This document shows positions 51,501 through 64,000 of a DNA stretch of 64,000 nt, in pieces (the first letter of the stretch is position 1; each line of letters opens with the position of its first letter). The DNA comes from the human T2T-CHM13v2.0 reference genome, Homo sapiens. The notes beneath the pieces are model-generated. The model ran no database searches. It worked only from the letters and a program-made list of their open reading frames with translations, and was not told the DNA's origin. The position numbers were made by a program, and so were the translations under genes. The stretch lies in the NCBI RefSeq assembly GCF_009914755.1, contig NC_060937.1; one strand, written 5' to 3'.

Positions 51501-54500
51501 ATAAGAGTTGAGACTCATTTAATGTAAGACCCATCCAGATGTCATTTCCTCAGTCACACATAAGGGCACAGGCTGTTTGATACAGACAGGACACCCCTTG
51601 AGCTTTGCTGCCCAGAAGTTCATTCCATCAGATACGCAGTAAGTCATCACCCTCAACTTCAAAGTTTCACAGATCTCCAGGGCAGGGTCACTGTGCATCC
51701 ATGTTCTTTGCTACAGCAAAACAAAAGTCACCTTGGCTCCTGTTTGCAGTAAGTTCCTCATTTTCATCTGAGAGCTTCTCAATCTGATCCTTACTGTCTA
51801 TTTTCCTATGAGTCTTCTGATCACAAGTATTTAACAATTCTTTACAAAGATCCAAACTTTCCCTCATCTCCCTGTCTTTGAAGTCCTCCAAACTCTCCCG
51901 AACTACATCTGCTACCCGCTTCTGAACCTGCTTCTACATTATCAGCTATCTTTGTCACAGTCTGGCAGTGTGGAAAAGGAAGACAAGCCCATTTTCAGGG
52001 GAAAAATTCAAGGAGACTTCAGATACTTGAATGAAAAGAAGCTGAGTGCTGATTGCCAAGACATTAGGGAGAAGGCCTTGAAGACATTTAACAATTCCAC
52101 TTTGCAGTAATAATTTTATCCATGATCATAAAGAAAAGAGTTTAATAGGTTAATGATTCTGCAGGCTGTAAGGAAGCATAGTGGCTTCTGCACCTGACAG
52201 GACTCAGGAAGCATCCCAATCATACCAGAATGTCAAGGGGCAAGGAGATGTCTCATTTGGCAGGAGTAGGAGCAAGACAGAGAAAGGAAATAGGTGTCAT
52301 GCCCCATTATACAAGCAGATCTCATGAGAACTCACTATCACAAGGTCAGCATCAAGAAGATGGTGCTTAAACATTGGTGAAGGATCTGCCCCCCAACCCC
52401 AACTCCCACTGTTTCCAGGCAGAAGCCTCCTTCAGATGCAGAGCCTCTTGGAAAACCTCTATTATGGAAGAGCAGAAAGAAAATGTGGGCTTGGAGCCCC
52501 CACACAGGTGGCCACCAACCTCCAGATCCCAGATTCATAAACCCACCAACATCTCACGCACTTAGTGTGGTAAAGCTACAGGCCCTCAATACCAGCCCAG
52601 CCCACGAGAACAGCTGAGGGGCTAAAAACTGCAAAGCCACAGGTGCACTTCCCTAGTGGAGGTTTTCCATGAGGCTTTACCTCTGCAGCAGGCTACTCCT
52701 CCTTCCCACTAACCCCCACCCTCCCACCACCCTACTGCCAACCCACTCCTCCCAATCCTACCCATCCCTTTTACCTTCCACCGCCACCAAACTCCTGTCC
52801 ATAATTAAGTCACCTGCTTCAACATTAGGGATTACAATTCCACATGAGTTTCATAGGGACACAGGCAAACCATATAATTCTGACCCTGATATTCCACAAT
52901 CTCATGTCTTTATCACAGAGCAAAATACAATCATAACTCTTCAAAAGTTTGCAAAAGTCTTAACTCATTCCAAATGTAAAAAATTCAGTCTCATCTGAGA
53001 TAAGGCCACAGTCCCTTCTGCCTATGAGTCCCTGAATTTAAAACGGAGTTCTTTTCTTTCAAGGTACAATGATGGTACAGGCATTGCGTAAGCTTTCTCA
53101 GTCCAAAGGGAAGAAACCTCCCAGAAAAATAACACAAATGGGCCCACAGGCCCAATGAAAATCCAAAACCCAGCAGGACAGTATTCACTCAATCTCTCAG
53201 CTCCAAAATCATCAAGAGAACTCACTATAATGTGAACAGCATTAAGGAGAGCGTGTTTATCCATTTCTGAAAGATCTGGCCCCCACCCTCATCTTTCGAT
53301 CCCAGCCACAAAATAATCTCCCCTATTCTCCCAAGTCCCCTATCTCCAACCCCATTCTTCTCCATGATTAAATCACCTCCCACCAGGCCCCACCTTTAAC
53401 ATTCCCCATTACAATTCCACATGAGTTTGGTAGGGATTCAGAGCCAAATAATATTATTCTGACCCTGGCCCCCATATCTCATGTTGTTCTCACACTGCAA
53501 AATACAATGATGCCTTCTCTACAGTTTCCCAATGTCTTCACTCATTCCAGCATTTACTGAAATGTCCAAAGCCCAAAGTCTCTTCTGAGACAAGGCTGTG
53601 GTCTCTTCTGCCCCTGAGCCTCTGAAATACAAAGCAAGTTAACTACTTCCAAAGTACAATGATTGTACAGGCATTGGGTAAGTATTTCCACCCAAAAGGA
53701 AGAAATTTGCCAGAAAGAAGCACAAAACACAGATGGGACATACAAACCCCATAGGAGTCAAAAATCCAACAGCCAGTCATTCAGTCCTACAGTTTCAAAT
53801 CATTTTTTTTGAATCCAGATCCCACATTCAGAGCACAAGGGTATGAGGCCTGGGCTCCCAAGGCCTTGGGCAGCTCTGCACCTGTGACGTTGCAGGGTCT
53901 AACCTCCACAGTTGCCCTCATGGGCTGGGCTGCTGTTAAGTAGCTCATTTTCCACAATGAGGGTGCAAGCTGCTAGTGAGTCTATGAATCTGGCATTTGC
54001 AGAATGGTGCCTCCCTGTATGGGGGTTCCAACGCTATATGTTCCTTCTGTACTGCCCTAGTAAAGGAGGCTCTGTCTCTTGGAAAAGTTTCGACCTGGAC
54101 ACCCAGGTTTTTCCATACATACTCTGGAGTCCAGACAAAGGATCCCCAGCCTCCAGTTTTGTGCTCTGTGCACCTGCTGGCTTAACACTCTGTGGAAGCC
54201 ACCAAGGCTTGCAGCTTGCACCCTCTGAAGCAGTGACTCAAGCTGTACCTGTGCATCTTTCAACCATGGCTGGAGCTGGAGCTGGAGCTTCAGGAATCCA
54301 GCCAGCAGTGTCCTGAGGATGGACATAGCAGTGGGGCCATGGGGCTGGAGAAGGAAACCATTCTTTTCTCCCAGGCCTCAGGGCCTGTGATAGCAAGGGC
54401 TGCTGAAAAAGTCTCTGAAATGCCTTCAAGGCCTTTTTAACATTGCATTGGCTAATAGCACTGAACTCCATTTTATGCACATTTCTGAAGCCTTCTTGAA

Positions 54501-57500
54501 CTTTCCCACTGATAATAAGCTTTTCTTTTTGACCACTTGGCCAGGCTGCAAATTTTCCCAACTTTTAAGCTCTCCTTGTCATTTAAATATGTTTCACCTT
54601 GAGGTTATTTCTTTGGTCACATATTTTCATGTGAGACCTTCTAAGCCTGGTGGTCACTGTCCATCCTTATGTCACCTTTTTAAGTATAACTATTTAACAA
54701 GTCTCTACACTGATCCAAACTTTTCCTCATCTTCCTGTCTTCTTCCAAGAACTCCAAACTCTCCAACCTCTGGCCATTACACACTTCTTTACCTGCTTCT
54801 ACATTTTCAGCTGCATGTGTCACAGCCTGGCAATGTGGTAAAAGAAGAAAAGTCCATTTCAGGAGAAAAATTAATGCAGGCTTCAGACATTTGCCTGAAA
54901 ATAAGCTGAGTGCTGATTGCCAAGACAATAAGGAAAAGGTCTTGAAGGCATTACATAGCTCCACTTTACAGCATTAATTTTCTGTATAATCAGAAAGAAA
55001 AGAGGTTGAACTGGCTCATGGTTCTGCAAGCTTTAAATAAATCATAGAGGCTTCTGCTTCTGGGAGGACTCAGGAAGCCTCCCAATCATACCAGAAGACC
55101 AAGCAGCAATGGGAAGTTTTATATGGCAGAAGTAGAAAAAAGACAGAGAGGAAAAATGTGCCACACGTTTTATAACCCTGTTATACAACCAGATTTCCTG
55201 AGAACTCACTATCACAAAGTCAGCATCAAGAAGATATTGCTTCACCATTGGTGAAAGATCTGCCCCCTACCACCCCCACCCCCCACTGTTTCCAGGCAGA
55301 AGCCTCAGGCAGAGGCAGAGCCTCTTGGAAAACCTCTACTAGGACAGTGCAGAAAAAATATATGGGCTTGGAGGCCCCACGCAGGAGGTTACCATCCACC
55401 AGACCACATATTCATAGACCCACCAACAGCTTGCATTCTCAGTATGGAAAAGCTACAGGCACTCAACACCAGCCCAGCCCACGAGGGCAGCCATGGGGGC
55501 TAAAGCCTGCAAAGCCACAAGTGCACTGCCCCGGTAGAGGTTTTCCATGAGGCTCTGCCTCTGCAGCAGGCTACTCCCTCTTCCTACTGCCCACCACCCT
55601 CTCACCACCCTAATTCCAGACTACTCCTCCCCACCCTACCTACTTGTTTTCCCTTCCACCCCTACCAACCTCCCGTTTGTGATTAAATCACCTCCCACCA
55701 GGCCCCACCTACAACAGTCAGGAATACAATTCCCCAAGAGTTTTTGTAGGGAAACACAGCCAAACCATATTATTCTGACCCTGACACCCACACATCTCAT
55801 GTCCTTCTCACACAGAAAAATACAAACAGGCCTTTTCAGAAGTTTCCAAAAGTCTTAACTCATTCTAGCAGTAACTCAAATGTAGTAAGTTCAAGTCTCA
55901 TCCAAGACAAGGCTGCAATCCCTTCTGCCTATGAGTCTCTGAATATAAAAGACAATTCTTTTCTTTCAAGTTACAATGATGGCACAGGCACTGGGTAAGC
56001 TTTCTCACTCCAAAGGGAAGATTTTCCCTTAAAAATAACACAATTGGGACACAGGCCCAATCCGAGTCCAAAACCCAGCAGGACAGCATTCATTTATCAT
56101 GAGAACTCAATATCGCACAGACTGCATTAAGGAGATAGTATTTAACCATTTGTGAAAGATCTGCCACCCATCCCCATGTTTCACCCTCACCCACACCATG
56201 AACCCCTATTCTCCCACATCCACCTTCCAACCCCCATTCTCTACCATGATTAAATCACCTTCTACCAAGCCCCACATTTAACATTCCCCATTACAATTCC
56301 ACATGAGTTTTGGAAGGGACACAGAGCCAAATCATATTATTCTCCCCTTGGTCCCCAATCTCATGACTTTCTTATACTGCAAAATATAATGATGTGTTCT
56401 CTAAGGTCCCCCAATGTCTGAACTCATTCCAGCATTTATTCAAATGTCCATTTGTGAAGGATCCACCCCCAACCCCTGCCTTTCAGCCACAACTGCACCA
56501 CAATCCCCCAACCCTCCCCACCCACCTATAGCCCCAAACCTCCACACCACCCCCAGCATCCAACCTCCACGCTCCACCATGATTAAATCACCTTCCATCA
56601 GACCCCAACTTTAACATTTCCCATTAAAATTCCACATGAGTTTTGGTAGAGACACAGAGCAAAAACATATTATTCTGTCCCTGGTCCCCCAGATCTCTTG
56701 TCTTTTTCATACTGCAAAATGCAATGATGCCTTCCCTAGAGTCCCCCAAATCTTAACTCATTCCAGCATTTACTCAAATATCCAAAGCCCAAAGTCTCTT
56801 CAGAGACAAGGCTACAGTCGCTTCTGCCCTGAGGCTCTGAAATACACAGCAAATTAACTACTTCCAAGGTACAATGATTGTACAGGCATTGGGTAATCAT
56901 TCCCAGCCAAAAAGACGAAATTTGCCAGAAAGAAGCACAAAACACAGATGGGATTTACAAACCCCCTGCAAGTCAAAAGCCCAGCAGGCCAGTCATCCAT
57001 CATACACCACCAAATCATCTTTTTGGAATCTATGTCCACATCCAGAGCACAGGGTGATGTGACAGCTGGGATCCCAAGGCCTTGGGCAGCTCTGCACCTG
57101 TGGCATTGCAGAATCTTTCCCCTACAGCTGCCCTCATTGATGAGGCTGGTGTTGAGTGCCTGTAGCTTTTCAACACTAACGGTGCAAGCAGCTGGTGGGT
57201 CTATGAAACTGGGGCCTGGAAAATGGTGCCTCCCTGTATGGGGACTACAATCCTATACTCTCCTTGTGTACTGCCCCAGTAGAGGTTTACCATGAGGCTC
57301 TGCCTCTTGGAAAAGCTTCTGGTTGGACAATCCAGCTTTCTGATACATTCTCTGGAGTCTAGGTGAAGGCTCGGAAGCTTCTAGTCCTTGCTTTATGCAC
57401 CTGCTGGCTTAACACCATGTGGAAGCCACCAAGTCTTCGAGCTTGCATCCTCTGAAGCAGTGACACAAGCTGTACATGTGCATCTTTCATCCGTGGCTGG

Positions 57501-60500
57501 AGCAGGAGATGGAGCTGCAGGGATGCAGGCAGCAGTGTCCTGAGGCTGCACACAGCAGTGGAGCCATGGGGCTGGCCCAGGAAACCATTCTTTTCTCCTG
57601 GGCCCCAGGGCCAGTGACAGCAAGGGCTGCTACAAAGGTCTCTGAAATGCCTTCAGGCCTTTTTCCATTGCCTTGAATTATTAGCACTGGGATCCTTTTT
57701 ATGCAAATATCTGAAGCCTTCTTGGCTTTCCCCCTGAAAATCAGCTTTTCTTTTTGACCACTTGTGCAGATTACAAATTTTGCATATGTTTAAACTCTGC
57801 TTCTCATTTAAATATAAGTTCCAACTTATAGTCATTTCTTTGATCACACATAGGTGCGCAGGCTGTTCAATGTAGGCAGGACAACTCTTGAGCATTGTTG
57901 CTTAGAAGTTCATTCCACCAGACACACTCTAAATCATCACCCTCAAGTTCAGTTTCACAGATCTCCTGGGAAGGGTCACTGTGTAGTCAATTACTTTGCC
58001 AAGGCAAAACAAAAAAACCTTGGCTCCTGTTCCCAGTAAGTCCTTCATTTTCACCTGAGATCTTGTAAGCCTGGTCTTCAGTGTCCATCCTTATGTTAGC
58101 CTTTTAATCACAACTATTTAACAAGTCTCTGCAATGGTCCAAAGTTTCCCTCATCTTCCTGTTTTCTTCCAAGCTCTCCAAACTCTCTTAACCTCTGGCC
58201 CTTACCTAATTCAGAACCTGCTTCTACACTATCAGCTATCATTTTCGCAGCCTGGCAATGTGGTAACAGAAGAAAAGTCTATTATCAGGGGGAAACATCA
58301 AGATGGCATCCAATATTTGCATTGAAAAAAGCTCAGTGCTAATAGCCAAGAGATTGGGGGAAGGCCTAGAAGTCATTTCATAGCTTCACTTTGCAGCATT
58401 AATTTTCTGTATGTACATAAAGAAAAGAGGTTTAGTTGACTCACAGTTCTTCAGGCTATAAAATAAGCATAGTGGATTCTGCTTGTAGGAGGACTCAGGA
58501 AGCCTCCCAATCATACCAGAAGGCCAAACAGCAATGAAATGTTTCATGTGCCAGGAGTAGAAGCAACACAGAGAGAGGAAAGAGGTGCGACATCCTGTTA
58601 TACAACTAGATCTCATGAGAGGTCAGTATCAGGAGATCAGCATCAAGAAGATGGTGCTTAACTGTTGCTGAAGGATCCACCCACCAGCCCATATCCACCA
58701 CCCACTGTTTCCAAGCAGAAGCCTGAGACAGAGGTAGATCCTCTTGGAAAACCTCTACTATGGCTGTTTAGAAGAAAACTATGGGCTTGGAGTCCCCATG
58801 TAGGATACCACCATCCTCCAGACCCCAGATTCATAGACCTATCAACAGCTCACGCCCCAAGTATGGAAAAGCTACAGGCACTCAACACCAGCACAGCCCA
58901 TGAGAGCAGCTACAGGTGCTAAACCCTGCAAAGCCACAGGTGCACTGCCTTAGTAGAGTTTTTCCATGAGACTCTGCCTCTGCAGCAGGCTACTCCCATC
59001 CTGCTACACACCACCCTACAGCCAGCCTACTCCTCCCCACCTTACCCACCTGTTTTGACTTCCAATCCAACCCCTCTCCCATCCATGAATAAATCACCTC
59101 CCACCAGGCCCCACCTGCAACATTCGGGATTACAATTACATGTGAGTTTAGGTAGGGACACACAGCTAAACCATATTATTCTGACCATGATCCCCCGAAT
59201 ATCATATCCTTCTCACAGAGTAAAATACAATCAGGCCTTTTCAAAAGTTGCCGAAAGTCTTAAGTCATTTCAGCATTAACTCAAATGTAAAAAGTTCAAA
59301 GTCTCACCTGAGAAAAGGCTACAGACCCTTTGGCCTAAAAGTTCCTGAATTTAAAAGGGATTTCTTTTCTTTCAAGGTACAAAGATGGTACAGGTATTGG
59401 GTAAGTTTTGTCAATCCAAAGGGGAGAGGTTTGCCAGGAAAATAACACAAATGGGATCACAGGGCCAATGCAAGTCCAAAACCCAGGAGGCCAGTATCCA
59501 TTCAATCTCACAGCTCCAAAACCATCACGAGAACTCACCATCATGAGGAAAGGATTAAGGAGATGGTGTTTAACCATTTGTGAAGGATCCCCCCCACCCC
59601 CACTTTTCACCCCTCACCCCCACCATAATCCACCCATTCTCCCCAATCTCCACCTTCCAACACCCAGTGTCCTCCATGATTAAATCACCTTCCACCTGGC
59701 CCCACTTTTAACATTTCTGATTACAATTCCACATGAGTTTCCATAGGGACACACAGCCAAATCTTATTATTCTGTCCCTGCCCCACAAATCTCATGTACT
59801 TCTCACTTTGCAAAATACAATGATGCCTTACTTACCATTCCCCAAGCCACTGTACTTTTTTTTTACAGCCTGCAGAACCATGAGCCAATTAAACCCCTTT
59901 TTGTTATGATCATACAGAAAATTAGTACTCTGAAGTAAAGCTATGAAATGCCTTCAATGAGTTTTCCCCATCATCTTAGCTAAGACCCCCAAGGTCTTAA
60001 CTCATTCCAGCATTTACTCAAATGTCTGAAGCCCAAACTCTCATCTAAGACAAAGATGCAGTCTCATCTCCTCCTGAGCCTCTGAAATACAAAGCAAGTT
60101 AACTAATTCCAAGGTATGATTGTCCAGACATTAAGAATTCCCAACCAAAAGGAAGATTTATGCCAGAGAGAAGAACAAAACACGAACGGGACTTACAGGT
60201 CCCATGAAATTCCAAAACCCAGCAGGCCAGTTATTCAAACCTACAGCTCCAAAGTCATCCTTTTTTAATCCTTGTCCCACATCGAGGGCACAAGGGTATG
60301 AGGGCTGGGTTCCCAAGGCCTTGGGCAGCTCTCTACTTGTGGCTTTGCAGTGTTCAGTCCCCACAGCTGCCCTTATGGGCTGTGCTGGTGTTGACTGCCT
60401 GTAGTTTTTACCCACAGAGGGTATAAAGTTCTTGGTGGGTCTATTAATCTGGGGTCTGCATGATGCTGGCATCCAGTGTGGGGGCTCCAACCCCATATTT

Positions 60501-63500
60501 TCCTTCTGCACTGCCCTAGTACAGGTTTCCCAGGAGGCTCTCCTTTTTTGGCAGCCTTCTGTCTGGACACCCAGGCATTTTCATACATCTTCTGAAATCT
60601 ATATGAAGGCTCTGAAGCCTCTGGGCTAGTGCTCTGTGCACTCGCTGGCTTAAAACTATGTGGAAGCCATGAAGCCTTATAGCCTGTACCCTCTGAAGCA
60701 GTGATGCAATCTGTACCTGTGCATCTTTCAGCCAAGGTTGGAGCAGGAGCTTGGGCTGCCGGGATGCAGGCAGCAGTGTCCTGAAGCTGCACACAACAGC
60801 AGGATCATGGGGCTGGCCCAAGAAACCATTCTTCTCTCCTAGGCCCCAGGACCTCTGACAGCAAGGGCTACTGCAAATATCTCTGAAATGCCTCCAAGAC
60901 TTTTCCCCCCATTGTCTTGGCTATTAGCACTGGCCTCCATTTTCTGCAAGTTTCTGGAGCCTTCATGAATTTTCCCCCTGAAAATCAGCTTTTCTTTTTG
61001 ACCACTTCGCCAGGCTACAGATGTTCCAAACTTTTGAGCTCTGCTTGTCATTTAAATATAAGTTCCGACTTGAGGTCATTTCCTCGGTCACACATAACCT
61101 CGGTCACACGTGAGAGCACAGGCTGCTTGATGCACACAGACCCCCACCCCTGTGCTATGCTGCCTAGAAGTTCATTCCACCAGATATGCACTAAATCGTC
61201 ACCCTGGAGTTCAAACTTTCACAGATCTTGAGGGCAAGTTCGCCCTACAGCCATGTTCTTTGCTACAGCAAAACAAAAGGCAACCTTGGCTCCCATGCCC
61301 AGTAAGTTCCTCATTTTCATCTGAGACCTTGTAAGCCTGGCCTTCACTGTCCATCCTTCTGCCAGCCTTTTAATCACAACTATTTAACAAGTGCCTACAG
61401 TGGTCCAAATTTTCCTTCATCTCCCTGTCTTCTTTCAAGATCTCCAAACTCTCCAACCTCTGGCTGTTATCCACTTCTGAACCTGCTTTACATTTTCAGA
61501 TATCTTTGTTGCAGCCTGGCAATGCAGAAGAAAAAGAAGTCCATTTTCAGGGGGAAACTTCAAGAAGCCTTCAGATATTTGCATTAAAAAGAAGTCCAGT
61601 GCTAATAGCCAAGACGATGGGGAAATGTCATTGAAGATATTTCATAGCTCCACTTCGCAGTGCTTTATTTTCTGTATGATCATAATGAAAAGGGGTTTAA
61701 TTGGCTCATGGTTCTGCAGGCTGTAAAGAAAGCATAGTGACTTCTGCTTCTGGGAGGACTCAGGAAGCCTCCCAATCATACCAGTAGGAAAACAGCAATG
61801 AAATGTTTCATACAGCAGGAGTAAAAGCAAGGCTGAGAGAGGAAAGAAGTGCCACACCGTCCTATAACCAGATCTCATGAGAACTCACTATCACTAGGTC
61901 AGCATCAAGAAGATGGTGCTTAACCATTGGTGAAGGATCCACCCCCCAACACAGCTCCACTCCCTACCGTTCCAGACAGAAGCCTGCTGCAGAGGCAGAG
62001 GCTCTTGGAAATCCTGTACTATGGCAGTGCAGAAGGAAAAGAACGGCTTTGAGTGACTATGCAGGACGCCACCATCCTCTAGACCCCAGATTCATAGACC
62101 TACCAACAGTTCACACCCTCAGTATGGAAAAGTGATAGGCACTCAACACCAGACCAGCCCATGAGAGCATCCATGGGGGCTAAAGCCTGCAAAGCCACAG
62201 GCCCACTGCCCTGGTAGAGGTTTTCCATGAGCCGCTGCCTCTGCAGCAGGCTACTCCCCCTTCCTACTACCCACCACCCTCCCACCACCCTACAGCCAGC
62301 CTACACTTCCCCACCCTACTCACCCCTTTTTTCTTCCACCCATACCCCTCCCATCCATGATTAAATAATCTCACACCAGGCCCCAACTCCAACATTTGGG
62401 ATTACAATTCCACATAAGTTTTTCCAGGGGCACATAGCCAAGTCATATTATGCTGACCTTGACCCCACCAAATCTCATATCCTTCTCACAGAATAAAATA
62501 CAGTCGTGCCTTTTCAAAGTTTCCAAAAGCCTTAACTCATTCCCGCATTAACTCAAATGTAAAAAGTTCAAAGTCTCATCTGAGACAAGACTACAGTCTC
62601 TTCTGCCTATGAGTCCCTGAAGTTAAAAGGGTGTTCATTTCTTTCAAGGTACAATGATGGTACAGATATTGGGTAAGCTTTCTCAATCCAAAGGGAAGAA
62701 ATTTCCAAGAACAATAACACAAATGGAACCACAGGCCCAATGGACATCCAAAATCCCACAGGTCAGTTTTCATTCAATCTCACATCTCCAAAATCATGAA
62801 GAGAACTCAATATCAGAAGGACAGCATTAAGGAGATGGTGTTTAACCATTTGTGAAGGATGCACCCCCACCCCTGCCTTACACCCCCAATCCCACCACAA
62901 TCCCATCCAACCCTCCTCACCACCGAATCCCCCCCAACCATCCCCAACCCCCAACCATCCAACCTCCTCTCTCCATCATGATTAAAACACCTTCCACCAG
63001 CCCCCACCTTTAACATTTCCCATTAACATGCCACATGAGCTTTGGTAGAGACAGAGAGCCAAAACATATTATTCTCTCCCTGGTCCCCCAATGTTCATGT
63101 CTTTCTCACATTGCAAAATGCAATGATGCCTTCCCTAGAGTCTCTCAAATCTTAACTCATTCAAGCATTTACTCAAATCCCCAAAGCCCAGAGTCTTATC
63201 TGAGACAAGTCTACAGTCCCTTCTGCTCATGAGCCACTGAATTACATATAAAGGAAGTTTACTGCTTCCAAGGTGCAATGATTTTACAGGCATTGAGTAA
63301 GCATTCCCAGCCAAAAGGAAAACATTTGCGAGAAAGAAGCACAAAACACAGATGGGACTTACAGACCCCATGCAAGTCAAAAACCCAGCAAGCCAGTCAT
63401 TGAATCCTAAAGCTCCGAAGTCATCTTTTCTGAATCTATATCCCACATCTGGAGCACAGGGGTGGATGGCTGGGCTCCCAAGGCCTTGGGCAGCTCAGCA

Positions 63501-64000
63501 TCTGTGCCTGTGCAGGGTCTATCCCCCATAGATGCCCTCATGGGCTGGGCTGGTGTTGAGTGCCTGTGGCTTTTCCACACTGAGGATGCCAGCAGTTGGC
63601 GGGTCTATGAATCTGGGGTACGGAAAATGGTGCATTCCTGTGTGGGGGCTACAACCCCATATGTTCCTTCTGTACTGCCCTAGTAAAGGTTTCCCATGAG
63701 GCTCTGCCTCTTGGAAAAGCTTCTGCCTCAACACACAGGTTTTTCCATACATACTCTGGAGTCTAGACAAAGGCTCCCAAGCCTCCAGTTTTGTGCTCTG
63801 TGCACCTGCTGGCTTAGTACTATGTGGAAGCCACCAAGGTTTGAAGCTTGCACCCCTGAAGCAGTGATGCAAGCTGTACCTGTGCATCTTTCAGCCATGG
63901 CTGGAGCTGGAGCTGGAGCTGGAGATGCAGGGATGCAGGCAGCAGTGTCCTGAGGATGGACACAGCTGCGTGACCATGGGACTGACCCAGGAAAGTATTC
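42515..64000. repeat. Tandem macrosatellite of rearranged MaLR (MST/THE1-type LTR + internal) fragments, ~2.9-3.5-kb unit
   Basis: Anchor aatcataccagaa (or a variant) recurs at 42515, 45581, 48677, 52220, 55086, 58511 and 61776 (spacings 3066, 3096, 3543, 2866, 3425, 3265); units contain minus-strand MaLR LTR/int plus plus-strand int fragments. Confidence 0.93.
49284..49833 (+). mobile_element. Solo LTR6-like (ERV1) insertion in array unit 3
   Basis: Starts TGTGATACCCTACCTTGTTTTAACCTG; TATAAAA at 49698 and AATAAA at 49770; 4-bp TSD CTTT; the other units show the empty site (accccttttccttccaccc). Confidence 0.85.

Noticed and set aside
42515-64000. Recurrent similar short ORFs across the array as a tandem gene family
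   Set aside because: Frames, starts and stops differ between units and occur on both strands; they are translations of decayed MaLR internal sequence.

Overview
This is primate (human/ape-like) genomic DNA, and I found no intact protein-coding gene. Positions 1-18 kb are repeat-rich non-coding sequence: Alus, old L1/MIR/L2 fragments, MER91A, a solo HERV-K LTR5 with a 6-bp target-site duplication (TSD), and a full-length BC200 (BCYRN1) RNA copy. Positions 18-42 kb hold a patchwork of gene relics: a GXYLT1 processed pseudogene (-), a 3'-truncated CNN2 processed pseudogene (+), a ZNF114-like relic (+) and three intron-separated CYP4F exons (-). These are followed by candidate non-coding exons, a ~300-bp inverted repeat and a ~14-15-bp minisatellite. 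From ~42.5 kb to the window end lies a tandem macrosatellite of ~2.9-3.5-kb units (6 complete, 1 partial), built from rearranged MaLR (MST/THE1-type) LTR and internal fragments in both orientations, with an LTR6-like solo LTR in unit 3. This gene order resembles the pericentromeric segmental-duplication cassette I recall near ANKRD20A/ANKRD18 paralogues; I cannot assign the locus without an alignment. All family names come from remembered consensus or protein sequences, not database searches. I see no evidence of a new protein-coding system. The most interesting signals are the fold-back architecture and mosaic history of the LTR array, the promoter-intact BC200 copy and the candidate chimeric CYP4F-containing transcript.
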